A stretch of 64,000 nucleotides of DNA, taken from contig JALCLG010000001.1 of the NCBI GenBank assembly GCA_022647725.1, positions 1,790,784 through 1,854,783 on the forward strand, written 5' to 3'. The first letter of the stretch is position 1; the number at the start of each line of letters is the position of its first letter. This document shows, piece after piece, positions 1 through 9,413 of the stretch. A program made the position numbers and the translations under genes. Under the pieces are notes generated by a model. That model was not told the origin of the DNA and did no database searches. It saw nothing but the letters and a program-made list of their open reading frames with translations. The DNA is from Bacilli bacterium. Its GTDB lineage: Bacteria; Bacillota_I; Bacilli_A; RFN20; CAG-288.

Positions 1-11
1 AACTCTCAGCG

Positions 12-971
12 ATGCGGAAAGAATTCAAGTATCTCGAGAAGCGAATCAAGGAAGAAGACCGGATCGTCGTGTATCGGCATGTCTCCCCGGATTTCGATGC
101 CCTCGGGGCGCAGATGGGCTTAGTCACCTGGATCAAGGAGAACTTCCCCAAGAAGGAAGTCCGCTTTGTCGGCGACGTCCATCCGACCTTCATGCCTAAC
201 CCTTTCCCCTATCCGGAAAAACTGGATGAGAGCTGGTACCGTCAGGAGCATCTGGCCATCACGGTCGACGTCTCTGATTCCAAACGGGTCAGCGAGAATC
301 ACCTCTCCTTTGCCAAGGAAGTGATCAAGCTGGATCATCATCCCTTACCGCAGCCGGAATATTCCTTCGGCAATTTCCTCATTGTCCATCCGGACCGCCC
401 GGCGGCCAGTGAGATCCTCGCCTTGTTCTTCCTTTCCCGCGGACATAAGCTGAAGCTGAGCGCCAAAGCAGCCAGCTACTTATATACCGGCATCGTCGGC
501 GATACCGGACGCTTCCTTTACGAGGATACCGATGCCGGCACCTTACGGCTTTCGGCGGCGCTCCTGGATTGCGGGGTGGATAAGACGGCCATTTATGATC
601 AGATGTATGAGACCGACTTACGGCGGATGAATATCCTGAAGTTCTGCCTGGACAACTTCCATATGACCGCCAAAGGCACCTGCTATTATGTCTTCACTCA
701 GAAGGACATGGATGCCCTGCAAATGACGGCGGATGAAGGCAACCTTCACATCAATACCTTCCGTACGATGAAAGGCGTCCGCTGCGTCTTAAGCATCACC
801 GAAGACGTCAACAGCCATAACTTCCGGGTGTCGCTCCGTTCGGCCAAGATCAAAGTCGCGCCGGCGGCGCTGAAGTTCGATGGCGGCGGCCATGACTTTG
901 CGGCCGGCTGCAAACTCGACAGTCTCGATCTGCTTCCGAAGCTTCTGGAAGCCTGCGACGAATTAGTTTAA
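12..971 (+). CDS. nrnA: DHH/DHHA1 phosphoesterase (NrnA-like oligoribonuclease / pAp phosphatase)
   Basis: 319-aa ORF with the DHH-family motifs 'VSPDFDALGA' (DxD) and 'KLDHHP' (DHH), and the DHHA1 motif 'GGGHDFAAG'. Confidence 0.8.
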   Translation: MRKEFKYLEKRIKEEDRIVVYRHVSPDFDALGAQMGLVTWIKENFPKKEVRFVGDVHPTFMPNPFPYPEKLDESWYRQEHLAITVDVSDSKRVSENHLSFAKEVIKLDHHPLPQPEYSFGNFLIVHPDRPAASEILALFFLSRGHKLKLSAKAASYLYTGIVGDTGRFLYEDTDAGTLRLSAALLDCGVDKTAIYDQMYETDLRRMNILKFCLDNFHMTAKGTCYYVFTQKDMDALQMTADEGNLHINTFRTMKGVRCVLSITEDVNSHNFRVSLRSAKIKVAPAALKFDGGGHDFAAGCKLDSLDLLPKLLEACDELV

Positions 972-1817
972 ATCAGTTATTGAGTCGCTGGTCTGGATGC
1001 TTAGACCCTTGCTGGGGGAGTAGTCCCAGGAAGTATACGTCTTCGCCGAATCCTTAGTGAAACCGGTGGTCGCCTCAAAGGTGGCTTCCGCAGTCGAATC
1101 ATAGACATAGAGGGCCTGGTAATCCAGGCCTTTTCCAAAGGCTTTCGAAAGGTCACTTGCATCGGTAAGGGTATCCCAGTTGATAAAGAGGATACGCTTG
1201 GCTTCTTTCTTGGAAAGATCGTTATAAAGATTGGAGGAGAACAAAGAAGCATCTTTTCCGTTAGTATCGCAAGTGATGATTTTCTGATAGGTATAGAACT
1301 TCAGGTAATTGGTGAGGCCGATAGGGTTGATGTAGGCCCAGTTATCGATGAGGATGTCGGTTCGATACGTGTAGGTGTCCATCAGGGCAAAGAAGGACTT
1401 GGAGTCCTGGTTCTTAGCGGTGATGGTGATGGTCTTGACGACTTTTCCGCCGTTGAAGATCACCAGGGAGTTATCAGTGATCTCCGGCAAGCCGCTGACG
1501 CTGGCGTAATTGGAAAGCATGGCATAGGGCAAGGCCGCCTGGTAGGTTTTCTCATAATCCCAGAGGGCATAGTCGAAAAGAGAGCAGGTTCCGCAGCCCG
1601 GCGCATAGACGACGAGCGGGAAGGAGGCCTTTTTTGCCATCAGGTCCGTCAGGTCGGTTTCGAAAAGACGGCACGAAAGATAATAGGTGCTGTCTGTCTC
1701 CGTGCGGCTGACGACGGAGGACTGAAAGACCGGAACTTTCTCAACGGTAGAGTGGCAGCTTAAAAGCGGAAACGGCAGTGTCATCAGAAACAACAGTGCA
1801 GTCAGGGTCTTTTTCAT
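963..1817 (-). CDS. Lipoprotein with one thioredoxin-like CxxC module and a degenerate second module
   Basis: Signal peptide with lipobox 'LLS|C'. 'APGCGTCS' is followed by 'VIFNGGKVV'. The second module aligns to the upstream paralog but has no cysteines ('INWDTLTD' vs 'TWRRCTDC'). ATGA overlap with the upstream gene. Confidence 0.6.
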   Translation of the reverse strand: MKKTLTALLFLMTLPFPLLSCHSTVEKVPVFQSSVVSRTETDSTYYLSCRLFETDLTDLMAKKASFPLVVYAPGCGTCSLFDYALWDYEKTYQAALPYAMLSNYASVSGLPEITDNSLVIFNGGKVVKTITITAKNQDSKSFFALMDTYTYRTDILIDNWAYINPIGLTNYLKFYTYQKIITCDTNGKDASLFSSNLYNDLSKKEAKRILFINWDTLTDASDLSKAFGKGLDYQALYVYDSTAEATFEATTGFTKDSAKTYTSWDYSPSKGLSIQTSDSITDLN

Positions 1818-2971
1818 CCGAGGTTTGCCTCAAGATAGCTTAAGCAAAGCTTGGCTTCCAAGGCCTGAGCCTTCGTGGCTAACTCGCTTAAGGCTTTCTG
1901 ATAGGTGCTGCTGGTGGTATCGCCCAGACTGACTTTGGTGGAGCTTTTCAGGGTTTTGACATCCGCATAAAAGGAGGTCGTGTAGGAGAGGGTGCCGTCC
2001 TCATTGCGGAGAGGATCCTTGTCGTTAGCAAAAACAGAGGTGGTATGACCTGTTCCGTCGAAGGTGACCAGCGTCGGGACGACGCCGGTGGCTTGACCGG
2101 CCGGAGTCGTATAGCCAGGCATGTCGGTGAGATGGTATTTCTGGCAGAAGCTGGCCCAGCCGGCTAAGCCTTCCGTGGCCGTTGCCTCATCGCCGCTTCG
2201 TTTCTTGAGATAGTAGCCATCCACTTCAAAATAGTAGATGGAAAGGGACGGATTCTTCAGCAGATAGGAGTCCAGCACCTGCTGATGATAGTTCTTGCAG
2301 TCCGTGCAGCGCCGCCAAGTGAAAAGGACGGTTGTTTTGCCGCCTTCGCTGAGAGCTTTGTCCAAGGCCGTCGTGGAATAGCCCCACCAGTCGCTGGTGT
2401 CATCAACGTCGATGGCATAGCTATCGGCATAGAAGCCGGTCTGCTCCGGATCATGGGTAAACGTGTTTAAGGAAACATACCCATAGTCCACCAGGTATTG
2501 GCTGAGATTGGCTTCATAACTGTCGCTGCCGAAGACGCCGTTATGGGAATTGACGAGCTTCCCGCCGTTATAGAAAAGATAGGTCGGCGTTCCTTGAATC
2601 TGAGGGTAAAGCCGGGCATAGTCGCCGGTCTCATTGCTTTTATCCTCATAGGCTTCCTTGTAGGTGATGCTGTCGACGACGTAGACGAGCGTATGCGTCT
2701 TGGCGACATAGCTTTTGAGATTCACCAGGTCCGCGCCGCAGTAGTGGCAGCCGATGCGGCTGACCAGGATGACGGCGGCATCATAACGGGCGATGCTGTT
2801 CAGCAACGAGACATCCGGAATCAGCACATAGCTGTCGAGATCCTTGACCTGCGTCGTCGGGATTTTGGAACCGAACGTCTGCTGATAATAGTCTTGCTGA
2901 GAGCAGCCGGCCAACGAAAAAGAGGCGGCCAGCAGGATGAGCGCCTTAACGAACGTCGTTTGTTTGCTCAT
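1814..2971 (-). CDS. Lipoprotein with two thioredoxin-like CxxC modules
   Basis: Lipobox 'LAG|C'. Module 1 is 'RIGCHYCG...QGTPTYLFYNGGKLV'. Module 2 is 'TWRRCTDCK...GVVPTLVTFDG'. Each has a CxxC plus a cis-Pro-type loop, as in the thioredoxin fold. Confidence 0.65.
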   Translation of the reverse strand: MSKQTTFVKALILLAASFSLAGCSQQDYYQQTFGSKIPTTQVKDLDSYVLIPDVSLLNSIARYDAAVILVSRIGCHYCGADLVNLKSYVAKTHTLVYVVDSITYKEAYEDKSNETGDYARLYPQIQGTPTYLFYNGGKLVNSHNGVFGSDSYEANLSQYLVDYGYVSLNTFTHDPEQTGFYADSYAIDVDDTSDWWGYSTTALDKALSEGGKTTVLFTWRRCTDCKNYHQQVLDSYLLKNPSLSIYYFEVDGYYLKKRSGDEATATEGLAGWASFCQKYHLTDMPGYTTPAGQATGVVPTLVTFDGTGHTTSVFANDKDPLRNEDGTLSYTTSFYADVKTLKSSTKVSLGDTTSSTYQKALSELATKAQALEAKLCLSYLEANLG

Positions 2972-3029
2972 GGCGATGTCCTCCTCTCTTCATTATTGGC
3001 AAGAAATGAGACGGTTGTCCAACAGTCCG

Positions 3030-4283
3030 CTACAGACCTAAGATCCGGACCGTATCCAAGGCAATCATCAGTTCCTCGTCCGTGGGGATGACGACCACCG
3101 GGATCTTGCTCTCCTTGGCCGAGATGATGCCTTCCTTGCCAAGTTTGGTTTCGTTGTTGAGCTTGTCATCGATGACAATGCCTAAGGCTTCCTTGACATC
3201 GTCGAAGGCCATCTTCCGATAAAGCGGGGCGTTCTCGAAGACACCGGCCGAGCAGACGACCATATCGACATGGCCGAGTTTGCCGGCATACATCATCAGA
3301 TAGTCGGCGATGCGGCTGGCATACATCTCCACGGCCAACGTCGCCTTCTTATCGCCCTTGAGGTAGGCTTCCTCAACATCCCGGGTATCGTTGGAGATGC
3401 CGGAAATGCCTAAGATGCCGGATTCATGGTTATAGATATCGTAGATCTCATCGGCCGACTTGCCGGTGCACTTGCAGAGATACGGCATGCAGCTAGGATC
3501 GATATCGCCGGTACGGCTGCCCATCATGACACCCGCCAGAGGAGTCAGACCCATGGAGGTGGCAACGCACTTGCCATCCTTCACGGCTGCCAAACTGGCG
3601 CCGGAACCGATGTGGCAGGTGATGAGGTTCAGATGTTCTTTGGTCGGGAAGTATTCTTCCTTGGCGACCGTGGAGAGGTACTTATGGCTGGTGCCATGAG
3701 CGCCATAGCGGCGGACACCGTATTTCTCATACCATTCATAGGGGATGGCATACATGTATTCGACCGGGGACATGGTCTGGTGGAAGGCCGTATCGAAGAC
3801 GGCGACTTCACCGACCGACGGCAGAGCCTTCTGGAAGGCACGGAAGCAGGTGAGATGGGCTTCGGCATGAAGCGGATCCAGCGGAATCAACGAGGCAATC
3901 TTATCCGCCGTATCCTCATCGAAGACATGGGAATCATTGAAGTAGCTGCCGCCTTGGACGATGCGGTTGCCGACACCGTTGATTTCATCCAGGCTCTTGA
4001 CGATCTTCTCATCGATCAGTCCATGCAGGACTAAGGAGACAGCGGCGGCATGGTCCTTGACCGGCAGGGTGACGCTTTTCTTGAAGCCACCCGGCTTCTT
4101 GATGGTGAAGATGCCATCGTCGTGGCCGATGCGCTCGACGATGCCGCTGGTTAAGACATGGCAGTATTTGGCTTTCTCAGCGATGGTGGGCTGCTTGAGG
4201 GCCTGGTCTTCCATGCTGTAAAGCTTGAACTTGAGACTGCTCGAACCGGCATTGACGCACATAATCTTTAATTCTTTGGACAT
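3030..4283 (-). CDS. ackA: Acetate kinase
   Basis: N-terminal 'IMCVNAGSSSLKFKLY' signature and full-length kinase-like sequence. Start moved from the ORF-track 4355 to ATG 4283, which has SD 'AAGGAAAGG' upstream. Confidence 0.92.
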   Translation of the reverse strand: MSKELKIMCVNAGSSSLKFKLYSMEDQALKQPTIAEKAKYCHVLTSGIVERIGHDDGIFTIKKPGGFKKSVTLPVKDHAAAVSLVLHGLIDEKIVKSLDEINGVGNRIVQGGSYFNDSHVFDEDTADKIASLIPLDPLHAEAHLTCFRAFQKALPSVGEVAVFDTAFHQTMSPVEYMYAIPYEWYEKYGVRRYGAHGTSHKYLSTVAKEEYFPTKEHLNLITCHIGSGASLAAVKDGKCVATSMGLTPLAGVMMGSRTGDIDPSCMPYLCKCTGKSADEIYDIYNHESGILGISGISNDTRDVEEAYLKGDKKATLAVEMYASRIADYLMMYAGKLGHVDMVVCSAGVFENAPLYRKMAFDDVKEALGIVIDDKLNNETKLGKEGIISAKESKIPVVVIPTDEELMIALDTVRILGL

Positions 4284-4485
4284 AGGGATCCTTTCCTTAA
4301 AAATACCAAGCTCTATTTTAGCGCCTTGGCTTCTCTTTACAAGGAAATCTTGCAAGGGGAGGAAACCAAAAAAACTCTCTGGGCCTGAAAATTAGCTTTT
4401 TCCTTACGGAAAGGCACTTTCTTCCCCGAGGGTCGTGATGGTATTTCTTTTTATGCTTCCCTCTCGCTGAAAAAGGGAAAAATTG

Positions 4486-4494
4486 TGGTATAAT
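4486..4494 (+). promoter_or_regulatory. Extended -10 promoter (TGgTATAAT) for glgB
   Basis: 'TGTGGTATAAT' lies 24 nt upstream of the glgB ATG. No clear -35. Confidence 0.45.
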
Positions 4495-4517
4495 TTTTGC
4501 TAGTGGAGGGTATCTTA

Positions 4518-6425
4518 ATGGAGAACTATGTTTTTTTTGACAACTACCTCAATGGCCGTTGCCCCGATGCCTATCAATATTTCGGTGCCCATAAAGCTAC
4601 CCAGGAAGGGAAAGCAGGCTATCTGTTCCGGGTCTACGCCCCGATGGCCAACGAAGTCGATGTCATCGGTGACTTCAATAACTGGGATCCGTTAGGCGGC
4701 CGGATGGGGAAGCTGGATTACCGGGGACTCTTCGAGACGTTCATTCCGGGAGCCCAGGAAGGTCAGCGCTACAAATTCCACATCTTCGGCTGTGACGGTT
4801 TCTGGAAGGACAAGCAGGATCCGTTTGCCTTCAAGGACGAGGTCCGGGACCTTGGCTGCTCGATCCTGGCGGATATCTCCAAGATTTCCATCGCCGATGC
4901 CGATTTCGTCGCTAAGCGTGACCGCTGCTTCAATAAGCCGGTGTCCATCTACGAATTCCATTTCGGAACCTGGAAACGGCGGGAAGACGGGAGCGAGTAT
5001 ACCTATTCGCAGTTAGCCGATATCATGATTCCGTATCTTCGCGACATGGGCTACACCCACGTCGAGGCTCTGCCGATCACGGCGTATCCGAACGATAAGA
5101 GCTGGGGCTATCAGGCACTGGGCTATTATGCCGTCGACAGCCGCTGGGGATCGTTAAGTGACTTTGCGTCGTTTATTGAAAAAATGCATCAGGCTGGCAT
5201 CGGGGTCATCATGGACTTCGTGCCGGTCCACTTCGCGGTCGATAGCTTCGGTCTGGAGAAGTTCGACGGTTCCTGCGTCTATGAATATGCCAATGAGCAT
5301 GAGTTCACCGAATGGGGGACCAAGGCCTTCGATTTGGGCAAGGATCCGGTCCGTTCGTTCCTGATGTCGTCGGTGCTCTATTTTGCCAAAGTCTTCCATC
5401 TCGACGGCTTCCGCTTCGATGCGGTCAGCAACGTTATCTATTGGGACGGCAACAGCCAGAAGGGCGAGAATGCCGGTGGCATCGAGTTCATCAAACGGGT
5501 CAACGCCTATGTCCATGACCTCTGCCCGAATGTGATGATGATGGCCGAGGATTCCTCCGCCTATGGGCACGTCACCAAAGGTCTCTTTCAGGATGGCTTA
5601 GGGTTTGATTACAAATGGGATCTCGGCTGGATGAATGATACCCTCAAGTACTATGCCAAGGATCCGATTTACAAGAAATACTGTCACAACCAGCTGACCT
5701 TCTCGATGGCGTATTTCTATAGCGAGAACTTCATTCTTCCTTTAAGCCACGACGAGGTGGTCCATATGAAGGGCAGCATCGTCAACAAGATGTGGGGCAA
5801 CTACGACAACAAATTCGCCAACGTCCGCAACCTTTATGCCTATCAGTTTGCCCATCCGGGAAAGAAACTGAACTTCATGGGCAATGAGATCGCGGCCTTT
5901 GATGAATGGAAGGAATGGCAGCCCTTGGCCTTCAATGCCCTCGACTATCCCAAGCATCAGGGCGTGCAGCGTCTGATCCGGGATCTGAACCAGATCTATA
6001 AGACGCATTCCGCCATGTACAACGAAGAATACAACCCGACCCACTTCAGCTGGATCATGGCCGACAACTCCGATCAGAGCGTTTATGTCTTCTACCGGGA
6101 AAGCCAGGAAGAGTGCCTGGTCTTTCTCTTTAACATGACTCCCAACTTCTACTGGGATTATGATGTGGGCGTTCCTTATGAGGGAACCTACGAAGAGATT
6201 CTCAATACCGATAAGGCGGTCTATGGCGGCTGGAACCAGTTCAACCCCAATCCGATTTCGACCAACGGCGCGGGCATCCACAACCAGAAATTCAAGATCA
6301 CCCTGAAGCTGCCCTCGTTCGGTGCGGTTTATCTTTGCTACCGGAAACCCAAGCCCAATGACGATAACCGTCCGTATGTGAGCAAGGATCCCAATCTCTT
6401 TTTCAACAAGGGTATGAAGGTCTAA
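4518..6425 (+). CDS. glgB: 1,4-alpha-glucan branching enzyme
   Basis: GH13 branching-enzyme-like sequence ('YEFHFGTW', 'GVIMDFVPVHF', 'LDGFRFDAV', 'MMAEDSS', 'LPLSHDEVVH'). Start set at ATG 4518 behind SD 'GGAGGG'. Confidence 0.9.
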   Translation: MENYVFFDNYLNGRCPDAYQYFGAHKATQEGKAGYLFRVYAPMANEVDVIGDFNNWDPLGGRMGKLDYRGLFETFIPGAQEGQRYKFHIFGCDGFWKDKQDPFAFKDEVRDLGCSILADISKISIADADFVAKRDRCFNKPVSIYEFHFGTWKRREDGSEYTYSQLADIMIPYLRDMGYTHVEALPITAYPNDKSWGYQALGYYAVDSRWGSLSDFASFIEKMHQAGIGVIMDFVPVHFAVDSFGLEKFDGSCVYEYANEHEFTEWGTKAFDLGKDPVRSFLMSSVLYFAKVFHLDGFRFDAVSNVIYWDGNSQKGENAGGIEFIKRVNAYVHDLCPNVMMMAEDSSAYGHVTKGLFQDGLGFDYKWDLGWMNDTLKYYAKDPIYKKYCHNQLTFSMAYFYSENFILPLSHDEVVHMKGSIVNKMWGNYDNKFANVRNLYAYQFAHPGKKLNFMGNEIAAFDEWKEWQPLAFNALDYPKHQGVQRLIRDLNQIYKTHSAMYNEEYNPTHFSWIMADNSDQSVYVFYRESQEECLVFLFNMTPNFYWDYDVGVPYEGTYEEILNTDKAVYGGWNQFNPNPISTNGAGIHNQKFKITLKLPSFGAVYLCYRKPKPNDDNRPYVSKDPNLFFNKGMKV

Positions 6426-6508
6426 AGTGAAGTTTCTTCGGCAAAAATATCCTATACAATGTGTTTTCTTTAACTTATAATGAATAGGTTTGACAGGAGG
6501 TAACCTAC

Positions 6509-8950
6509 ATGCTGGAAATCAAGAGCGGAAAAGAGTTCCGTCAATATTTTAAAGGGGATTTCACTACCAAGTGCATCGAAAAGTATGGCCGTGACCCCAA
6601 GGAGCTGTCGTCGCAGGAACAGTTCGATATCTTAGGCACCATCATCCGTGATTATGCCAACCTCGACAATAAAGTCTGCAAGGAAGAAGTCAAGAAAAGC
6701 GGTCAGAAGCAGCTGATTTATTTCTCCATGGAGTTTTTGATGGGCCGGCTTCTCTCCACCAACCTTTTCAATCTCGGCATTCTCGATGACGTCAAGGAGA
6801 CCTTGGCCGAATTAGGGATCCGCTATGAGGATCTCGAGGCCCAGGAGCCTGATGCCGGCTTAGGCAACGGCGGCTTAGGCCGTCTGGCTGCCTGCTTCAT
6901 GGATAGCGCCGCCTCCCTGGGGCTGCCGGTCCATGGCAACTGCATCCGTTATGAATATGGTTTCTTCCGGCAGAAGATCCGCAACGGCAAACAGGAAGAG
7001 TATCCGGATACCTGGCTGATGAATGGCTATCCGTGGGAAATCCGCAAGCCCAGCGATGCCGTGACCGTCAAGTTCTACGGCAATCCGGAGACCTACAAGG
7101 ATCCGCTGACCGGCGAAATCCGCTGGCGTACGGCCAATGCCTATTCCGTGCTGGCTGTTCCTTATGATGTGCCGCTGATCGGTTACCAGAACCATGTCAC
7201 CAATACCCTGCGTCTCTGGTATGCCGAGCCGAGCGAAGACACCCTTCCGACGTCCGTCGATTTCACCGCTTATCTGGCTTTTATCCGTCAGATCACCCAT
7301 GGCCTTTATCCGGATGATTCGACCGAGGAGGGCAAACTGCTCCGCCTCCGTCAGCAGTATTTCCTGGTTTCCTCCGGCATGCAGTTTGCCGTCAACCGCG
7401 AGAAGAAGCTTTACGGCAATCTCGACCATTTTTATGATCATTACAATTTCCAGCTCAACGATACCCATCCGATTATGTCCATTCCGGAACTGATGCGTCT
7501 TCTGATGGATGAGAACGGCTATGGCTGGGATGCGGCTTTCGACATCGTCTCCAAGTGCTTTGCCTTCACCAATCACACCGTCATGCCCGAAGCGCTGGAG
7601 AAGTGGCCTTGCCGCTATATTGCCTCCGTCGCGCCTCGGGTCTACATGATCATCGAGGAGATCAACCGCCGGATGCTGCTGCGGATGCGGGAGATGCCTT
7701 CTCCGATGCATGAGCACAATATTCAGAACTGCATGATCGTCAAGGACGGCAACGTCAATATGTGCCAGCTGGCCATCCATGTCGCCTTCAGCGTCAATGG
7801 CGTCGCCAACCTCCATACCGAGATTCTCAAGTCCACCACCTTCAAGGACCTTTATCAGATCTATCCGGAGAAGTTCAACAACAAGACCAACGGCATTTCC
7901 CATCGGCGTTTCCTGCTGGTGAGCAATCCGCGGCTGTCTTCCTATATTGAGAGCCTGATCGGCAAGGATTTCATCACCCAGCCGGAGAAGCTGAAGGATC
8001 TGCTTCCTTACTGCGACGGCAAGAAGGACCATCTGCCGGTTTACCAGAAGATCAACGACATCAAGAAGGCCAACAAGGAAGAGCTGATCAGCTATGTCAA
8101 AGACCATAACGATATGGAGCTTTCCCCGGATGCCATCTATGATGTCCAGATCAAACGGCTGCATGCCTACAAGCGTCAGCTGCTGAACATCTTCCGCATC
8201 ATCCACCTCTATCAGCGGATGAAGGGCGATGCCAGCTTCCGCATCTATCCCCATGTCTATATCTTCGGCGCCAAGGCGGCACCGAGCTATACCTATGCCA
8301 AGAAGATCATTGAGCTGATCCTGGCGGTCGGCAAGACCATCAGCGCCGATCCGGACGTCTCCAAGTACATGAAGGTCGTCTTCATTGAGAACTATGGCGT
8401 CAGCAATGCCCAGATCATCATCCCGGCCAGCGATGTCAGCGAACAGATTTCCTTGGCCGGCAAAGAGGCCAGCGGTACGTCCAACATGAAGTTCATGATG
8501 AACGGCGCCGTGACCTTAGGCACCTTGGATGGCGCGAATGTCGAGATTGCCAATTTCGTCGGTCAGGACAACGCGGTCATCTTCGGCATGAAGAACGACG
8601 AAGTCAAACAGCTGAAATTCGAGAACACGTACAATCCGTGGGATGTCTATTACCAGGATGCCCGGGTCAAGGGCATCATCGACAGTCTCATCGATGGCAC
8701 GTTCAGCGAAGACAAGGATCAGTTCAAGATGATCTACGATGAGATCATGTACCATAACGATGAGTACATGGTCCTCAAGGACTTCAATTCCTATCTCGAG
8801 GCCAGCAAGAAGACCGAACAGCTGTACCTGGACCGCAATCATTGGGGCAAGATATGCTTGACCAATATCGCCTATTCCGGATGGTTCAGCTCCGACCGTA
8901 CCATCAGCGAATATAACCGCGACATCTGGCACCTGAAGAAGATCCACTAA
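6509..8950 (+). CDS. glgP: Glycogen/maltodextrin phosphorylase
   Basis: 813 aa with the PLP-lysine motif 'EASGTSNMKFMMNGA' and 'GLGNGGLGRLAACF'. SD 'GGAGG'. Confidence 0.93.
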   Translation: MLEIKSGKEFRQYFKGDFTTKCIEKYGRDPKELSSQEQFDILGTIIRDYANLDNKVCKEEVKKSGQKQLIYFSMEFLMGRLLSTNLFNLGILDDVKETLAELGIRYEDLEAQEPDAGLGNGGLGRLAACFMDSAASLGLPVHGNCIRYEYGFFRQKIRNGKQEEYPDTWLMNGYPWEIRKPSDAVTVKFYGNPETYKDPLTGEIRWRTANAYSVLAVPYDVPLIGYQNHVTNTLRLWYAEPSEDTLPTSVDFTAYLAFIRQITHGLYPDDSTEEGKLLRLRQQYFLVSSGMQFAVNREKKLYGNLDHFYDHYNFQLNDTHPIMSIPELMRLLMDENGYGWDAAFDIVSKCFAFTNHTVMPEALEKWPCRYIASVAPRVYMIIEEINRRMLLRMREMPSPMHEHNIQNCMIVKDGNVNMCQLAIHVAFSVNGVANLHTEILKSTTFKDLYQIYPEKFNNKTNGISHRRFLLVSNPRLSSYIESLIGKDFITQPEKLKDLLPYCDGKKDHLPVYQKINDIKKANKEELISYVKDHNDMELSPDAIYDVQIKRLHAYKRQLLNIFRIIHLYQRMKGDASFRIYPHVYIFGAKAAPSYTYAKKIIELILAVGKTISADPDVSKYMKVVFIENYGVSNAQIIIPASDVSEQISLAGKEASGTSNMKFMMNGAVTLGTLDGANVEIANFVGQDNAVIFGMKNDEVKQLKFENTYNPWDVYYQDARVKGIIDSLIDGTFSEDKDQFKMIYDEIMYHNDEYMVLKDFNSYLEASKKTEQLYLDRNHWGKICLTNIAYSGWFSSDRTISEYNRDIWHLKKIH

Positions 8951-9342
8951 TGGTTTCTAAGGATATTACGGGCGATCTTCAGCGTTTTCAAAAGACGTTT
9001 ACCGGGGCTATCCCTCAGGCGTCTTTCGATGTGAAAACCCTGCAGGACCTTTCCGCACTGTCGGCCGGTGAGGCGAAGAATCCTTCCGCCGAGGCCTATG
9101 TCCGTGCCTACCAGGACTATCTCAGGTATTTTGCTCATGTGTTTACGTCCATTTCCTTTGATATCCTGGAGGATGCTCTCCGTCAGGATTCCGATGCTCT
9201 TCTTTTGGCCTGTGTCAACGGTTTCCTCGGCTTTTCTGCCAATCGGAACCGCGTCGACCAGCTGATCCAGAGCTTCCGCTTCTTCCTCACGCTCACTCAG
9301 AAATCCTTCGCATCGCTGGATTTTTTGACTTTTTCTAGTTAA
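8950..9342 (+). CDS. Hypothetical protein (130 aa), start overlaps the glgP stop (TAATG)
   Basis: Codon usage resembles neighbouring genes and it is coupled to glgP. The competing antisense ORF 8947-9378 has no SD. No recognisable motif. Confidence 0.4.
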   Translation: MVSKDITGDLQRFQKTFTGAIPQASFDVKTLQDLSALSAGEAKNPSAEAYVRAYQDYLRYFAHVFTSISFDILEDALRQDSDALLLACVNGFLGFSANRNRVDQLIQSFRFFLTLTQKSFASLDFLTFSS

Positions 9343-9347
9343 CTTCT

Positions 9348-9376
9348 TGAAAAGGAAAGGGATTGAAACTATAATC
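9348..9376 (+). promoter_or_regulatory. Sigma-70 promoter for tig (TTGAAA-N17-TATAAT)
   Basis: -35 at 9348-9353 and -10 at 9371-9376, with exact 17-nt spacing. Confidence 0.6.
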
Positions 9377-9413
9377 ATTAAGCTTGTTTGTCATAGAAAT
9401 TAAGAGAGGTCTT

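Noticed and set aside
6875-8254. A 459-aa ORF antisense to glgP. Similar long antisense or alternate-frame ORFs include 9378-10334, 13360-14148, 17604-18572, 25365-26393, 45382-46470 and 57473-58492.
   Set aside because: Each lies fully inside a confidently identified gene on the other strand. They have no SD and low-complexity or Arg/Gly/Asp-rich composition. They are the expected shadow frames of genes with strong codon periodicity.
8947-9378. A 143-aa minus-strand ORF between glgP and tig.
   Set aside because: It has no SD. It would run convergent into glgP, and its start sits inside the tig promoter. The plus-strand ORF coupled to glgP is the more plausible, though still uncertain, reading.
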